Shown piece after piece: positions 1 through 10,900 of a stretch of DNA of 64,000 bases; position 1 is the stretch's first letter; the number at the start of each line of letters is the position of its first letter. Position numbers and translations under genes: made by a program. The notes under the pieces are model-generated. The model was not told where the DNA came from. It made no database searches and worked only from the letters and a program-made list of their open reading frames with translations. This stretch comes from a phage: the sequence record OZ346222.1. The stretch is one strand, 5' to 3'.

Positions 1-42
1 AAGTAATATAACTTTCCAACAAACTATTTAAGGCGGCGAGAT

Positions 43-729
43 ATGGCAGAGATTAAGTCGGATGTTAACCACATCCACACTCTGCCAGATTTTGTTCAGG
101 GAGGTCTTGACTACCTACCTGGAGATTTTCTGGCTGAGAAGGTTAATTTAGTCACATTCTTAACCGTATACCTTAAAAGGTTGGAGGATGTTGATAAGAT
201 GCTGGTAGGTTTGGCTGAAGGAAGATTGCTTAACAATGCCAGCGGAAGATACCTTGACGAAGTTGGTAATCAACTTGGTATTCTTAGGAATGGACTTTCA
301 GATGCTGATTTTCGTGCCACACTAATTATTCAGCAGGCCGCAGCATCAAGGGGCGGGACTCGCGAAGATGTCATCTCCACCTTGCGACAATTGTTCGGAA
401 GAGACAATTTCGATACGTGGAAAGGAGACAACTTCAGGTTTGACATAAATATTAGAAAAACTTGCTTTGACATATTGCAGTCTATCGATCAGATCTTAGA
501 TATGCTACCATTGCCTTGTCATTTGCGTCTTACAGAATCGCAAGGGCAAGCTTTTGGTTTTGAAGGGGACTCTACAGCTCTGGGCTTCGGATCAGTGTGG
601 GAAGAAAACCAATTCGGAGTTGGTGGGCTGGCTACTTTGCTATATGTTCCTGACGTAAGACCTGATTGGGACACCACAACCATTTATTGTGAAAGTATTA
701 CAGTAAACGCAACTAGACAGGAGGGTTAA
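43..729 (+). CDS. hypothetical virion protein (possible baseplate/tail component)
   Basis: 228-aa ORF at head of rightward structural gene block; stop overlaps start of next gene (TAATG at 727-731); no diagnostic motif recognised. Confidence 0.45.
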   Translation: MAEIKSDVNHIHTLPDFVQGGLDYLPGDFLAEKVNLVTFLTVYLKRLEDVDKMLVGLAEGRLLNNASGRYLDEVGNQLGILRNGLSDADFRATLIIQQAAASRGGTREDVISTLRQLFGRDNFDTWKGDNFRFDINIRKTCFDILQSIDQILDMLPLPCHLRLTESQGQAFGFEGDSTALGFGSVWEENQFGVGGLATLLYVPDVRPDWDTTTIYCESITVNATRQEG

Positions 730-2801
730 TGGCAACAGCTGTTTTTAAACCTTACCGTGATTACTCTACAATGGCTGCACAGTTTCATTACCGCACAGTT
801 CAGGATACTGCCGTTCCTGGTAGAGATTATGATCATGTTGAGGGCGATGTAACTATCCCAGTTGGGGCAACCAGTATTGAGATCCCAGTGGAAATTGTTG
901 ACAAATTACCCAACAGGTTGCCAAGAAGCTTCTTTATGGAGTTTTCATCAAAATCTCAAGGAGTGATGATTGGAACACAAAGGGCGAAATGTACAATAGT
1001 TTCAGATGAGAATCTTGACAGGATATCTTGGGATACTGTTGAGGAGAGAATGTTTCACCCAAGATATTGGGTTACAACCACTCAGCAGACTGAAAGTACC
1101 TGTATTGTTGCAGATAACAACTGTTGTATTAACCGTTTAGTGTCAAGAACATATGGAGGTATGGCTGGGTGCATTTGGGAAACAGTTGACAAGTATGACC
1201 ATTTCGGTATTGGGTTTGATGATCACTATGAGATGAGAAACACCAAGCTTTGGTTCAGAATGTCAATAACCAACGCCAGCAACTTCTCCACTCCTGAAAA
1301 GATGATTATGACTGTAGACCTTGTTGATGGCACAATCATCTATGTTCCTTTAGCTCAATATGCTGTCAGCATCTCAGAGGATAAAAATGTTGCAGAAATT
1401 CATATTGATTTTGAGGACTGCGTCGGGATGGACCAGAACAACAACATGATGGGTGTTGATCCTCGGCAGGTGAGAAGGATTTTAATACCACTTATGCCTA
1501 AAGACTGGGTAAGTAATAGCACAGATCCAAGAACGGAAAATGTAGAGTGTGAGTTGCGCCTAGATCTGCTTCAGCCAGACACAGGCTGGAAAATGATGCA
1601 ACTTAATAATATCCAGGTGAGAGAGCACGACGTTGGGATCTGCACCGCATATGACGATATGTGGAACGTGTCCCCTTTAAGGGTGTTGAACAATATCAAG
1701 CGTCTGGGCTATACCGGAACCATAAACCATTATGTTGGTATGAGTCATTATTATGACTACACATGGTCAGGAACCCAATGGTCTATAAACAGAACAGGAG
1801 CGCTAAACGCTGCAGCTTATAAATGGCATGATGATTTTATGTACAATGCCAAACGACATAACTTCGACGTTATGCAATCTGTAAGTTTTGAGCTTTTCAG
1901 CGATGCCTGCCCGTTGGAATGGACCCAAAGAGACTGGAACGATAACTACGCTAAAACAGGGTATACACCTTGTAGCTACCTCCTGTCTCCAACCATTGAA
2001 GAGGGTATGAATTTCCTTACTGCAGTATTTAAGAATTTTGCATCAGCCGCTATGAGAAACAACCTGCCAGTGATTATGCAGGTTGGTGAACCGTGGTGGT
2101 GGTACAATACCGATACTCGTAGACCTTGTATTTATGATTACCCTACAAAACAGGCGTTTTATGATGAGACAGGCGAGTATGCATTAGATATTGGGACTAT
2201 TGACGATCCTAAAACTGGCGGTGTTTACGATAAGTATGTAGCATTTTGTCGTGGTAAGCTTGGCGCTCGTATTGCGGCTATTTCAAAGGCAATAAAGGCA
2301 CACGCTGCATCAGCTCAGATGACAGCTCTGCTGTTTTTCCCAACCATTATGGAAACCGAGCTTACGCAAAAGCTTAACCTTGCTGACCAATATAAAAAGG
2401 AAGCAGGTGCTCTTGATTTCTTCTGCACCGAGTGCTACGATTGGGTGATGCAGGGAGGTATTGAAAAGGCAAAAGAGTCTGTAAACATACCTATCGTTAA
2501 GTTAGGTTGGCAACCGTCTGAAATACAATACCTTGCAGGGTTCGTTCCTAGTAAAGAGCTTGCTCCGGTATATGGTTACGACCCAACCAGGAATTACCAA
2601 GAATTTTTATGGAGATGTATTTGCGGAAACATGGCAACTATAGAGTATAGATATCCTGAGGTAAAACAGTATGTGTGGGCATACCCGCAAGTAATGTCTG
2701 ACAGCATCACTGTTACCGCTAGAGATTCTACCGTGCTTCATATGGGGCAGGTTGCTCTGAAAGGGTATGTAGAAGATGTTGTCCCGCCAGACTTCTCATA
2801 A
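729..2801 (+). CDS. hypothetical structural protein
   Basis: 690-aa ORF translationally coupled to upstream gene, immediately upstream of tail fiber genes; Trp/Tyr-rich, beta-rich composition. Confidence 0.5.
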   Translation: MATAVFKPYRDYSTMAAQFHYRTVQDTAVPGRDYDHVEGDVTIPVGATSIEIPVEIVDKLPNRLPRSFFMEFSSKSQGVMIGTQRAKCTIVSDENLDRISWDTVEERMFHPRYWVTTTQQTESTCIVADNNCCINRLVSRTYGGMAGCIWETVDKYDHFGIGFDDHYEMRNTKLWFRMSITNASNFSTPEKMIMTVDLVDGTIIYVPLAQYAVSISEDKNVAEIHIDFEDCVGMDQNNNMMGVDPRQVRRILIPLMPKDWVSNSTDPRTENVECELRLDLLQPDTGWKMMQLNNIQVREHDVGICTAYDDMWNVSPLRVLNNIKRLGYTGTINHYVGMSHYYDYTWSGTQWSINRTGALNAAAYKWHDDFMYNAKRHNFDVMQSVSFELFSDACPLEWTQRDWNDNYAKTGYTPCSYLLSPTIEEGMNFLTAVFKNFASAAMRNNLPVIMQVGEPWWWYNTDTRRPCIYDYPTKQAFYDETGEYALDIGTIDDPKTGGVYDKYVAFCRGKLGARIAAISKAIKAHAASAQMTALLFFPTIMETELTQKLNLADQYKKEAGALDFFCTECYDWVMQGGIEKAKESVNIPIVKLGWQPSEIQYLAGFVPSKELAPVYGYDPTRNYQEFLWRCICGNMATIEYRYPEVKQYVWAYPQVMSDSITVTARDSTVLHMGQVALKGYVEDVVPPDFS

Positions 2802-2813
2802 TCAGGAGATAAA

Positions 2814-3854
2814 ATGTCAAAACCTAGTTTTCCATTAGAGATTTGGGCAGAGGAGGATCAGGTTCTGCCTAACACCCACAGACAGAACAGGCTACGCCCG
2901 ATTGATGATTTGTGGAGAAAAGGTTGGGATCTTGGTCAAAAGCCCTCATGTGAAGAACTTAACTATATTTTCAATATGCTCGGGACTTGGGCAAAATACA
3001 TCGCTGACGAGCAGATCCCCGCTCAAGAAGGCCGTTATCTGGTACGTGATAATAACTTGAGTGATCTTTTGAACATTCCTGTTGCCCGTAGAAACCTTGG
3101 GATTATTACTAAGGAAGAGGCAGACGCCAGGTATGTAAAAGTTACAGGTGATACAATGACAGGCCCATTGGGTTTGCAACGTATCAACTTTAAAGCTGCC
3201 GAGTCAGATAAGGCTTGGATAGAGACAACTATTGGCCCAGATAAGACAACTCTCGACTTTGGGTTAAGTGATAATACCGGGTCGTTTGATGATGGTGGTA
3301 CATCTACAGTGGATGCGTTCCGTTGGAGATTCCAGCCAACTCAGCCGGATATTAATCCAGAGTTCACTTTGATGTACCTTAACGCGATCACGGCTAACCG
3401 TGCGCTGTTGAAAGTGGTAGGCAATGTTGAAGTTGTCGATAACATGAGGTGCAATAACCTTACTATCAGCAATACAGCGACATTCACCAACTGTAATGTG
3501 GCTAGTCAGTTGACGGCTGGGTCAGTGTATGTTAATGGTGGTGCAAGTTGTGACAGTATGGTTGTAAGAAGCCAGCACTGTGTTGTCGGTAACAGAAATG
3601 TGGTTCGCTCTGTGAACGGAGTGACGGCTAACGGTAACGGTGATGTAACGATCACTATCCCGCAGACAGGTGTGCAAGACATCAGAATCGGTGCAAGACT
3701 TGTGGACGGAGTTTCTGAATCTCCAATCCGCAACGGCTACGTTGTCACAGGCTGGCATTTCGGTGACAAAAAAGAGATGCGTGGTTCAACCTACTGGGCA
3801 GGACCTTTACAAAAACTTGTAAATGGTCAATGGATCACTGTTAATTATGCATAG
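2814..3854 (+). CDS. tail fiber protein (paralog A)
   Basis: 346 aa; GDTMTGPL tail-fibre motif, LNAITANRA, NRNVVRSVNG..NG.VTI repeats, C-terminus QKLVNGQWITVNYA shared with the 4866..5912 paralog; RBS AGGAGA upstream. Confidence 0.7.
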   Translation: MSKPSFPLEIWAEEDQVLPNTHRQNRLRPIDDLWRKGWDLGQKPSCEELNYIFNMLGTWAKYIADEQIPAQEGRYLVRDNNLSDLLNIPVARRNLGIITKEEADARYVKVTGDTMTGPLGLQRINFKAAESDKAWIETTIGPDKTTLDFGLSDNTGSFDDGGTSTVDAFRWRFQPTQPDINPEFTLMYLNAITANRALLKVVGNVEVVDNMRCNNLTISNTATFTNCNVASQLTAGSVYVNGGASCDSMVVRSQHCVVGNRNVVRSVNGVTANGNGDVTITIPQTGVQDIRIGARLVDGVSESPIRNGYVVTGWHFGDKKEMRGSTYWAGPLQKLVNGQWITVNYA

Positions 3855-3868
3855 ATCGGAGGACTAGC

Positions 3869-4453
3869 ATGAAAATACTTCAAGAGTTTAAACTTTACCA
3901 ACCGGGATCTGGCGAATACCGCACCAACAAGGAAACCAAGGAGCTGACCCCTCAAGAGGTTGAGGATTACACAGCATACACTGGGTATTTTTTACGTAAT
4001 GATGATGGCGATTGGTATGTGCAGTCACGAACATTACGACAAGAAAATCCGGGGTGTATCTTCCTACTTGTTGACGAGAAGGGAATTCTTAAGACATCTA
4101 CAGAAGAACCTGATGCCTTATGGCCTGCTCCAGGTCTTCGTGTGGTTATCGCCAAAAAAGAAGAGGTACCAGAAAACATTATGCTTCACCACGACGCTTT
4201 GCGTTTAGTTGGTGATGAATTTGTCACAGACAATGAATTCTTTGTTCAACAGGCAGAGGGTGTCATAGAGACAGAACTTGCTTGGGCTACTGCTAGAATT
4301 GGTGCCTATCAAGACATGATTGACCTTGAATATGATCTTACTGATGACCAGAAACGTAACATCAGAGATTTGAAAATGTACAGGGTAAAACTTCTTGAAA
4401 TAGATACATCTAAAGCCCCTGACATTTTCTTCCCGGAGCGACCTACCCTCTAA
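3869..4453 (+). CDS. hypothetical protein (tail-fiber-associated position)
   Basis: 194-aa ORF between the two fiber paralogs; acidic; RBS GGAGGA upstream. Confidence 0.45.
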   Translation: MKILQEFKLYQPGSGEYRTNKETKELTPQEVEDYTAYTGYFLRNDDGDWYVQSRTLRQENPGCIFLLVDEKGILKTSTEEPDALWPAPGLRVVIAKKEEVPENIMLHHDALRLVGDEFVTDNEFFVQQAEGVIETELAWATARIGAYQDMIDLEYDLTDDQKRNIRDLKMYRVKLLEIDTSKAPDIFFPERPTL

Positions 4454-4464
4454 GAGGAGGTGTT

Positions 4465-4779
4465 GTGGAGTTGGATTTGGCGGCATTGTACGGTATCTGC
4501 ATGGGTACCGTTGTCCCGATCTGTGTATGGGCTTTCAACCAGTGGCACACCAAATGGAAAGGCATTTCCAAGAGGTTGGATGAACTGGAGAAAGACCTCA
4601 TCTTAGTGAAAAACAGTATGGTTACAAAAGATAAACTTGATTCCGTTATCGAGACCCGGTTAAGTAAGCTAGAGGCCGATATTAACGACCTTAAGCAGGA
4701 TGTCAGGACAGATGTCTCCGGTATCCGAGCTGATGTACAAAAGATTTTGCACATGCTCGTAGAGCATAGTAAAAGGTAA
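4465..4779 (+). CDS. membrane-anchored coiled-coil protein (i-spanin-like topology)
   Basis: GTG start 4 nt after AAGAGGAGG; N-terminal hydrophobic segment (ALYGICMGTVVPICVWAF) followed by heptad-rich coiled coil; topology resembles Rz-type spanins but no homology was established. Confidence 0.35.
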   Translation: MELDLAALYGICMGTVVPICVWAFNQWHTKWKGISKRLDELEKDLILVKNSMVTKDKLDSVIETRLSKLEADINDLKQDVRTDVSGIRADVQKILHMLVEHSKR

Positions 4780-4865
4780 ACAAAGGTCAGAACGGAAAGG
4801 ACTCTGTTCTTGCATTTTGTTCCCTAAAGTGTTAAAATAGTCCTAAGGAATTTTCTCAGGAGAAC

Positions 4866-5912
4866 GTGATGACTAAACCAGTTATCCCTCTTGATATTTG
4901 GGCCAATCAGGATGTTGTGCTTGAAAATACGGGAGAGTTGAATAAGTCTCAACCAAAAAAAGAAGAGAGATTGAAAGGTTGGGATATGACACAAAGAGTG
5001 GCATGTGAAGTTGTTAACTTTGAACTTCACATGCTTTCTGCGTGGTTGAAGCATTTAACAGAAGATGTTGTCCCAGGATGGGATAATAGATTCTTAAGGG
5101 TCACTAATAATCTAGCAGACGTTCCAGACAAAGCTGCTGCACGTCAAGTTCTCAATGTATACTCACCTGAAGAAATGGACGATCTATATGTTGACAAGTC
5201 TGGAGACATAATGACTCAGACTCAAACTTTAGGTCTTCAAAGAATCGAGTTTGCATCTGCGTCAACAGACAGTGCGGCAATATATACCACCATAACTCCA
5301 GACAAGACGACGATGGATTTCTGGATTATGGACAACATCGGTGGTGCTGACGGCACAGACCTTGATGATCCTTCTCACCAAATAGATGGGTTCCGTTGGA
5401 GATTTCAACCTTCTGGTGGGCAGCCTGTGTTTTCAGCTATGAAGCTCAATGCTATAACTGCCAACCGTGCAAGACTGGCTATCCAAGGAAATCTTGAATG
5501 CAACGATGCAAAAAGTTCCTCTGCAAATGCCAATGCGGTCACGATACCAAGAGCCACTGTTAATGGACAACAATCCTGCGGAAGCGCTCAAATAGGTGGA
5601 AGAGTTGATTGTAACGATGAAACCGTCAGGGGCCAATATGCAACAGTTGGTGGAAGAAACGTGGTCCGCAGGGTAAATGGTAACGGCGCAGACAGTAGTG
5701 GTAACCTTACTATTCCTATGCCTAGCAGAGGGGTTGATGATGTAAGGATAGCAAACCGTTTCAAAACCACCTACAGAGAGTCAAGAGTCTACCCTGGACA
5801 TGTGATGTGCTCTGGTAACTACGCTTATAAACACCCTTATCAAGGTGATTACTGGACAGGTGCTATCCAAAAACTTGTAAATGGTCAATGGATCACTATA
5901 TCTTATGCTTAA
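4866..5912 (+). CDS. tail fiber protein (paralog B)
   Basis: 348 aa; same architecture as 2814..3854 (DGFRWRFQP, LNAITANRA, GRNVVRRVNGNG, C-terminal QKLVNGQWITISYA) with a divergent central region. Confidence 0.7.
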   Translation: MMTKPVIPLDIWANQDVVLENTGELNKSQPKKEERLKGWDMTQRVACEVVNFELHMLSAWLKHLTEDVVPGWDNRFLRVTNNLADVPDKAAARQVLNVYSPEEMDDLYVDKSGDIMTQTQTLGLQRIEFASASTDSAAIYTTITPDKTTMDFWIMDNIGGADGTDLDDPSHQIDGFRWRFQPSGGQPVFSAMKLNAITANRARLAIQGNLECNDAKSSSANANAVTIPRATVNGQQSCGSAQIGGRVDCNDETVRGQYATVGGRNVVRRVNGNGADSSGNLTIPMPSRGVDDVRIANRFKTTYRESRVYPGHVMCSGNYAYKHPYQGDYWTGAIQKLVNGQWITISYA

Positions 5913-5923
5913 AAAGAGGGTAA

Positions 5924-6190
5924 ATGAAACTAACTCAGTTTTTATGGGGACTGGTTGCGGCATCTGATGACCCTACGAAAGTATCCCAAACTAAGCTATG
6001 GTCGAACATAGGCATGGCGGTGATGACTGGGGTGTTTATTCATATGGGGTATAATGATACGCTTCCTGAATGGTATGCGTGGATATACGCGCCTTCAGTA
6101 GCTTGCCCCCAGCTTATTAGCAAATTCATCTCGCTCCGGTGGGGTTGCCAGCACCCTGACCACGTTAAAAACGAAGAGCAAAAAGCTTAA
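5924..6190 (+). CDS. small membrane protein (holin-like?)
   Basis: 88 aa with 2-3 hydrophobic segments and a charged C-terminus (KNEEQKA); location next to fiber genes; function inferred from topology only. Confidence 0.3.
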   Translation: MKLTQFLWGLVAASDDPTKVSQTKLWSNIGMAVMTGVFIHMGYNDTLPEWYAWIYAPSVACPQLISKFISLRWGCQHPDHVKNEEQKA

Positions 6191-6199
6191 GGAGAAATC

Positions 6200-7945
6200 A
6201 TGGCGCAAGACATGACAAGCTTTGAGCAGGCGGTAGATCAAGTAATTGTTGATTCTGAACGTTTGCACCTGATTGTCAACGGTAACGCTGTGGATGAAGT
6301 TGTCGTAGAGGATGGGACCACCATCCCTACGGTACGAAAAGCCATGCTTGACACCCTTTATTTTAAAACGCCACCGATCCCTTGGGCGTATGGTGCATCC
6401 ACAACAGTTTTTAACCAGCTGTACGAGTTTAAAGGGGACACAGGCCCTCAGTGGTGGTACGCTCCCGCAGCATCAAAATCTAACCCGGTTAGAATGCCAG
6501 CAGATCCTTCACAATCTCCAAACTGGAGATTATATACCGATTCTGCAGTAATGGCAAAATACTACGCAAAACTTAACAGTCCGAGGTTCGAAGGTGACCC
6601 GCGAGTACCTACGCCTCCAATGGACGACAAATCCGAGTCTATAGCAAACACAGAGTTTGTTGTTGACTATGTGGATAGCATATTTGAAGCCATGGAGGGA
6701 ATGAAAGTTACTGTAGGGTCTTTGGTGGTAAAAGGTCTTACAGAACTTGCTAACACTATAGTTGGTGGCACACTCACCTTACATGGGCCTGTTAATGGAG
6801 CAGATTCTACTGCACGCTTCAGGAACCTAATCCTCACGGCAAATACTTCTACACTTACTTTTGCGTGGAGTGATCCTAAGCATGCAGACTGGAGAAGCAC
6901 AGAGCTGCAACCTCATGAAGTGTCCACCCACAGGGTTATAGCTGACACTATAACTTCTGGGAAACCAGTGGCTAATAATAACGATGTGCATTTTGATGGT
7001 CTAGGTAATAACTTTTTTGACTACGTGTACATTCGTGGTAATGCCATGAAGGCAGCAACCGAACCGACATTGCAGGTAGATGGAACCACCAGGGTTAAGA
7101 ACCTTGAGGTGACAGGCACTGTTACAGGGATAACATACTCTGTCGATGGCACCATGATCTACCCTAGCTATATTGAAAGCACGGGTGATGCATTGATAAA
7201 TGGCGATTTGGAGGTTGGCGGGTCTGTAGTTATTCGAGGTACAGCCTCTATCCAAAATATAGCTCTGAATACTCTAAGAGTCAATGAGCGTGCAACTTTT
7301 GAAGGAGAAGGGCTTACAGCCAATAAAGGTACAATTACCGAGCTGACCACCACCACTTTAACTGCAACAACTGCAAACTCTGAAAACTGCAACATTACCA
7401 GAAACTTGCAGGTAAATGGAGATGTTAGTTTAAACGCCGCAGGGACTGGCACCACCTACCTTCACAATCTTGAAATATCCGGCACAGTGACCGGATGGCT
7501 GCCAGACTTCTCTAATGTCAACTTTGTCTGTAATGGCATTAACTCCAGTGGTAAGATAACCACCTCTCAAGAAATTGAGGCTGGTAAAACCATCACTGCC
7601 CCTACTTTCCACGCAGGAAAGGTAGATTTTGACTTAGAGGAGGTTGACGCGTCCAGTGGGACATGGACACCTAACGGGCAGGCCAGTATGTATGTTGTCC
7701 ACGCTAAAGGGGATTTTACAATAGGTCAGTGGCCTGGGACATCAGCGGAAGATAAACCTTATCCATTCACTGCAGTTATCTATGTCATTCAGGATGCTGT
7801 AGGTCACAACGTGACTTTGCACGATAAGTATGCTATCCTGTCGGCAACACCTGTTATTAACAACAGGGCTAACAGTGTTACCTTGCTGCAATTAACGTAT
7901 TGTGGTGTTGGTGATATTGTAGACGTAGTAATTGCACAACGTTAA
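6200..7945 (+). CDS. tail fiber / tailspike-like protein
   Basis: 581 aa; repeated G-T/S-rich beta-strand motifs (VTGTVTG, GDLEVGGSVVIRG, NLQVNGDVSLNAAGTG) typical of fibrous or beta-helical receptor-binding proteins; followed by hairpin terminator. Confidence 0.55.
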   Translation: MAQDMTSFEQAVDQVIVDSERLHLIVNGNAVDEVVVEDGTTIPTVRKAMLDTLYFKTPPIPWAYGASTTVFNQLYEFKGDTGPQWWYAPAASKSNPVRMPADPSQSPNWRLYTDSAVMAKYYAKLNSPRFEGDPRVPTPPMDDKSESIANTEFVVDYVDSIFEAMEGMKVTVGSLVVKGLTELANTIVGGTLTLHGPVNGADSTARFRNLILTANTSTLTFAWSDPKHADWRSTELQPHEVSTHRVIADTITSGKPVANNNDVHFDGLGNNFFDYVYIRGNAMKAATEPTLQVDGTTRVKNLEVTGTVTGITYSVDGTMIYPSYIESTGDALINGDLEVGGSVVIRGTASIQNIALNTLRVNERATFEGEGLTANKGTITELTTTTLTATTANSENCNITRNLQVNGDVSLNAAGTGTTYLHNLEISGTVTGWLPDFSNVNFVCNGINSSGKITTSQEIEAGKTITAPTFHAGKVDFDLEEVDASSGTWTPNGQASMYVVHAKGDFTIGQWPGTSAEDKPYPFTAVIYVIQDAVGHNVTLHDKYAILSATPVINNRANSVTLLQLTYCGVGDIVDVVIAQR

Positions 7946-7949
7946 TATA

Positions 7950-7982
7950 TCTAACCGCTCCTGACGGGGCGGTTTTCTTATC
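7950..7982 (+). terminator. rho-independent terminator
   Basis: CCGCTCC-TGAC-GGGGCGG hairpin (one G.U pair) followed by TTTTCTTAT directly after the 6200..7945 stop. Confidence 0.5.
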
Positions 7983-7993
7983 TGGAGAACACA

Positions 7994-10900
7994 ATGCTTC
8001 CAATCCCTTTGCTAAAACTTGGTCGTCATTTCCTCGATAAGAGGGGTGGAATTAAGGAACTTGCTGTTCTGTCATACCCAATAGACAACAGTGATGGTAC
8101 AAGCAACACAGTATCCTATGTAAATAGCTTGGCTATACTTTTTGATGATGGTCAGCTTAATATTACGGGCTATAACAAGTTCGGGGAGTGTCGCACTGGG
8201 GATCGTAACCCTATAAACTACCCAAGCGAAACAGCCTGGAATGTTGATCATGTGTGGAGAGCAGACCGTGCGTTTGTGATCCGGACTTTTGATAACCAGT
8301 TTTTCTACATCGGCTGCACTGCAGGTCTTATCGGATCCACTGCGGCAGGCGGTAATGATGTTTGCGTAAACGAGTGGACACCTCTTCCGGAACAGATTGT
8401 TAAAGGGTTGCACCTTGACACCCACCCAGAGCGCCTTATTGAGGTGATGGGTGGTATTAACAACACTGTCTGGGTTATTGCAGAGGCAGAAGGCACTGGC
8501 ATACTTAAACTATATGGATCTGGTAACAACACCTACGGATCTTTGCATGTAGATAAAAATCAGCATGCAACCCCTGTAAAGATTGGTGAGACATCGGAAA
8601 ATCCGGAAACAGGTCCTTGGAAAAACCCAAGCATCAACTGCGAGGTGCATGACAACTCTGTTATTTTCGGTGGTCCTAGAGGCTTCTGGATTGCTGGATA
8701 CGACTTTCTAAGAAATAACAGTAGAAACGACCTTGTTTGGCCTCCTGTGCAGATTACTCGTAACGATTTGAGGGGCATTCCTGCAGATGAAGAGTGGAAA
8801 GGGTTTATGTGCGGTCCTAACGGGGCAATAATTGCCACACAGAGGATGCACAAACCAAATGACCAGCAGCTTGTTAACGTATTCTACGGGCAAGACGTTT
8901 GGGGAGATGACACGTGGCGTTCCTTAAATATCACCTACACCCATGAGGTGATAATGGCTCGTGGATACGGCACAAGTGGCATTTTCTTCAATAATGGCAC
9001 TAAACAGTATCGTGGATTCTCTCGCAACTTGTGTAATGATATTGGTGCACAATCTGCAAACAATAGCCCTAGGGCTAATTTTATCCACTATCAGGCTCTT
9101 GCTACAGCTAAATATGTTGAGCAACGCCTGCCAGTTAGCTGGACAGAGAGTGTTTATTTCCAAGGCATCCACAGGGAAGGTTTCTTAGGAACCTTTACTG
9201 TTGTTAATGGCAAACTTTGGTGGTCAGGCATCCCAAGGGGGAGTTTTGCAGGATCTAACAACCTCTTTGGCGGCAGACTTAACAGCCAAGGGTTCACAGA
9301 GATTCCGGAGAATTGGTATAAAAATGTCCCGGTAGATAGCTGGGGTATCGAAGACATCTTTGATGTCAATGGTGTGAGCAATGTTAGCAACATTTACATC
9401 GGAGATACTGTCAAGATGAAATTGAAACCTCAGCCGGAGGGTGCTACGTTCATTATTGACAAGATTGAGTTGGTAAATGCTGCAGGCACTGTTGTTACAG
9501 ATGCAAACTATCAGTTCTCCACTAACTGGAACCATGGTGGTGCTAACGAAGTTGTGGTCACCCAGTATAACCGTAACATCAACAGACGTGGTTTGTATTC
9601 TATCAAGATCACCTACCATGACAAGCATGGCACTGGAAGAACCTATACGACAAGAACTTTGAACTGGAACACTATAGTTCCTGCGTATCCGTCCAACGGC
9701 AAGTGGCATACCGTTGGTAGAAACAAGCAGTTCCATGTTAACGATACTGTATACTTTGGGCTGAATGGGACCCAGCCTGCAGTAGAAGGGGATACATCGT
9801 ATATGGTCAGACTCCACAGAATGGATGCTGGATCAGTCACTTATGATGTGACCCAAGAGATCTACGATCAAAGACGTGCCACGTATGACAATATTGTAAA
9901 AACACAAGCCTTGTGGGAGTTCAATCCTAATGGCAAGGGTGGTAAAATGTTGCAGGTTAATGAGCAGAACGGAACGTCGTTGACTGTTCACGAACACCCA
10001 GACCCTTGGCCTGATCCTGGAAAACCTCGCCCGGGAGCTCGTACACTGAAAATTGTCAGCCATGATGCAGGATATTTCGGAATACGCTGGGAAGCTACAG
10101 TAAGATATGTCGACGGGACAACAAACAACATAGGGATTACACTTGGCGGCACTAGTGAAGATAACTCGCTGAAAATTGCCTACACGCCCAGAGGTATCTC
10201 TATTGATAGTATGGATGTTGTTCGCAATGGCTACGGCGATGTGAATGTCAAAGTTACTCTTGGCGAACATCTTGGTGGGGAAAGGATCATCATGTATACC
10301 TTTGATCATGATCCACGCACCAATGGAACTTATGCAAATCAGGCATGGAGTTACCTGATAAATGCACCTGAGCCGAATACTAAAGAGTTCTACTATGGTA
10401 TGAAGCGAGATGTGTGCAAGAAAACAGGAACACATGACTGGATTGCTATCTGCGTTAAAGATGAGCGCACAGCTTGGGATGAGCCTGTTAACAGATGGTT
10501 CATAGGTATTCCTACCAGAAGTGATAAGTATGTCGCAGAATATATTGTATGCATGGGCGGTACCAACCTAAACATGTGTTGGAACGAAGATGTAAACAAA
10601 TACTCTGATTATGACTATATGAGGGATTACTCTTGTAATTTGTGGTTTAACCAAACTACAGGTTACCCTCCAAGACAGGCGAGAGTAAACCCTGCAATCT
10701 TCACAGACACGCAGGTTTTCTTGACAAAACAGGCCAACGAGGTTCAGACCTTCAAGAATAAATACGCTCCTAACAAGTGGTTCTACAACTGTTACGGCGC
10801 ATTTTTCTGGGGACCTGGTGAGTTACCTGGTGGGGGATCTTGCTTGAATGAGGCAACTTACGCAAGTGACTACATCATGGGGCAGGTCAAGAAGTATAAG

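Noticed and set aside
2814-5912. Diversity-generating retroelement targeting the tail fibers
   Set aside because: No reverse transcriptase gene and no near-identical template repeat of a fiber C-terminal segment could be found in the window; the two fibers are ordinary diverged paralogs.
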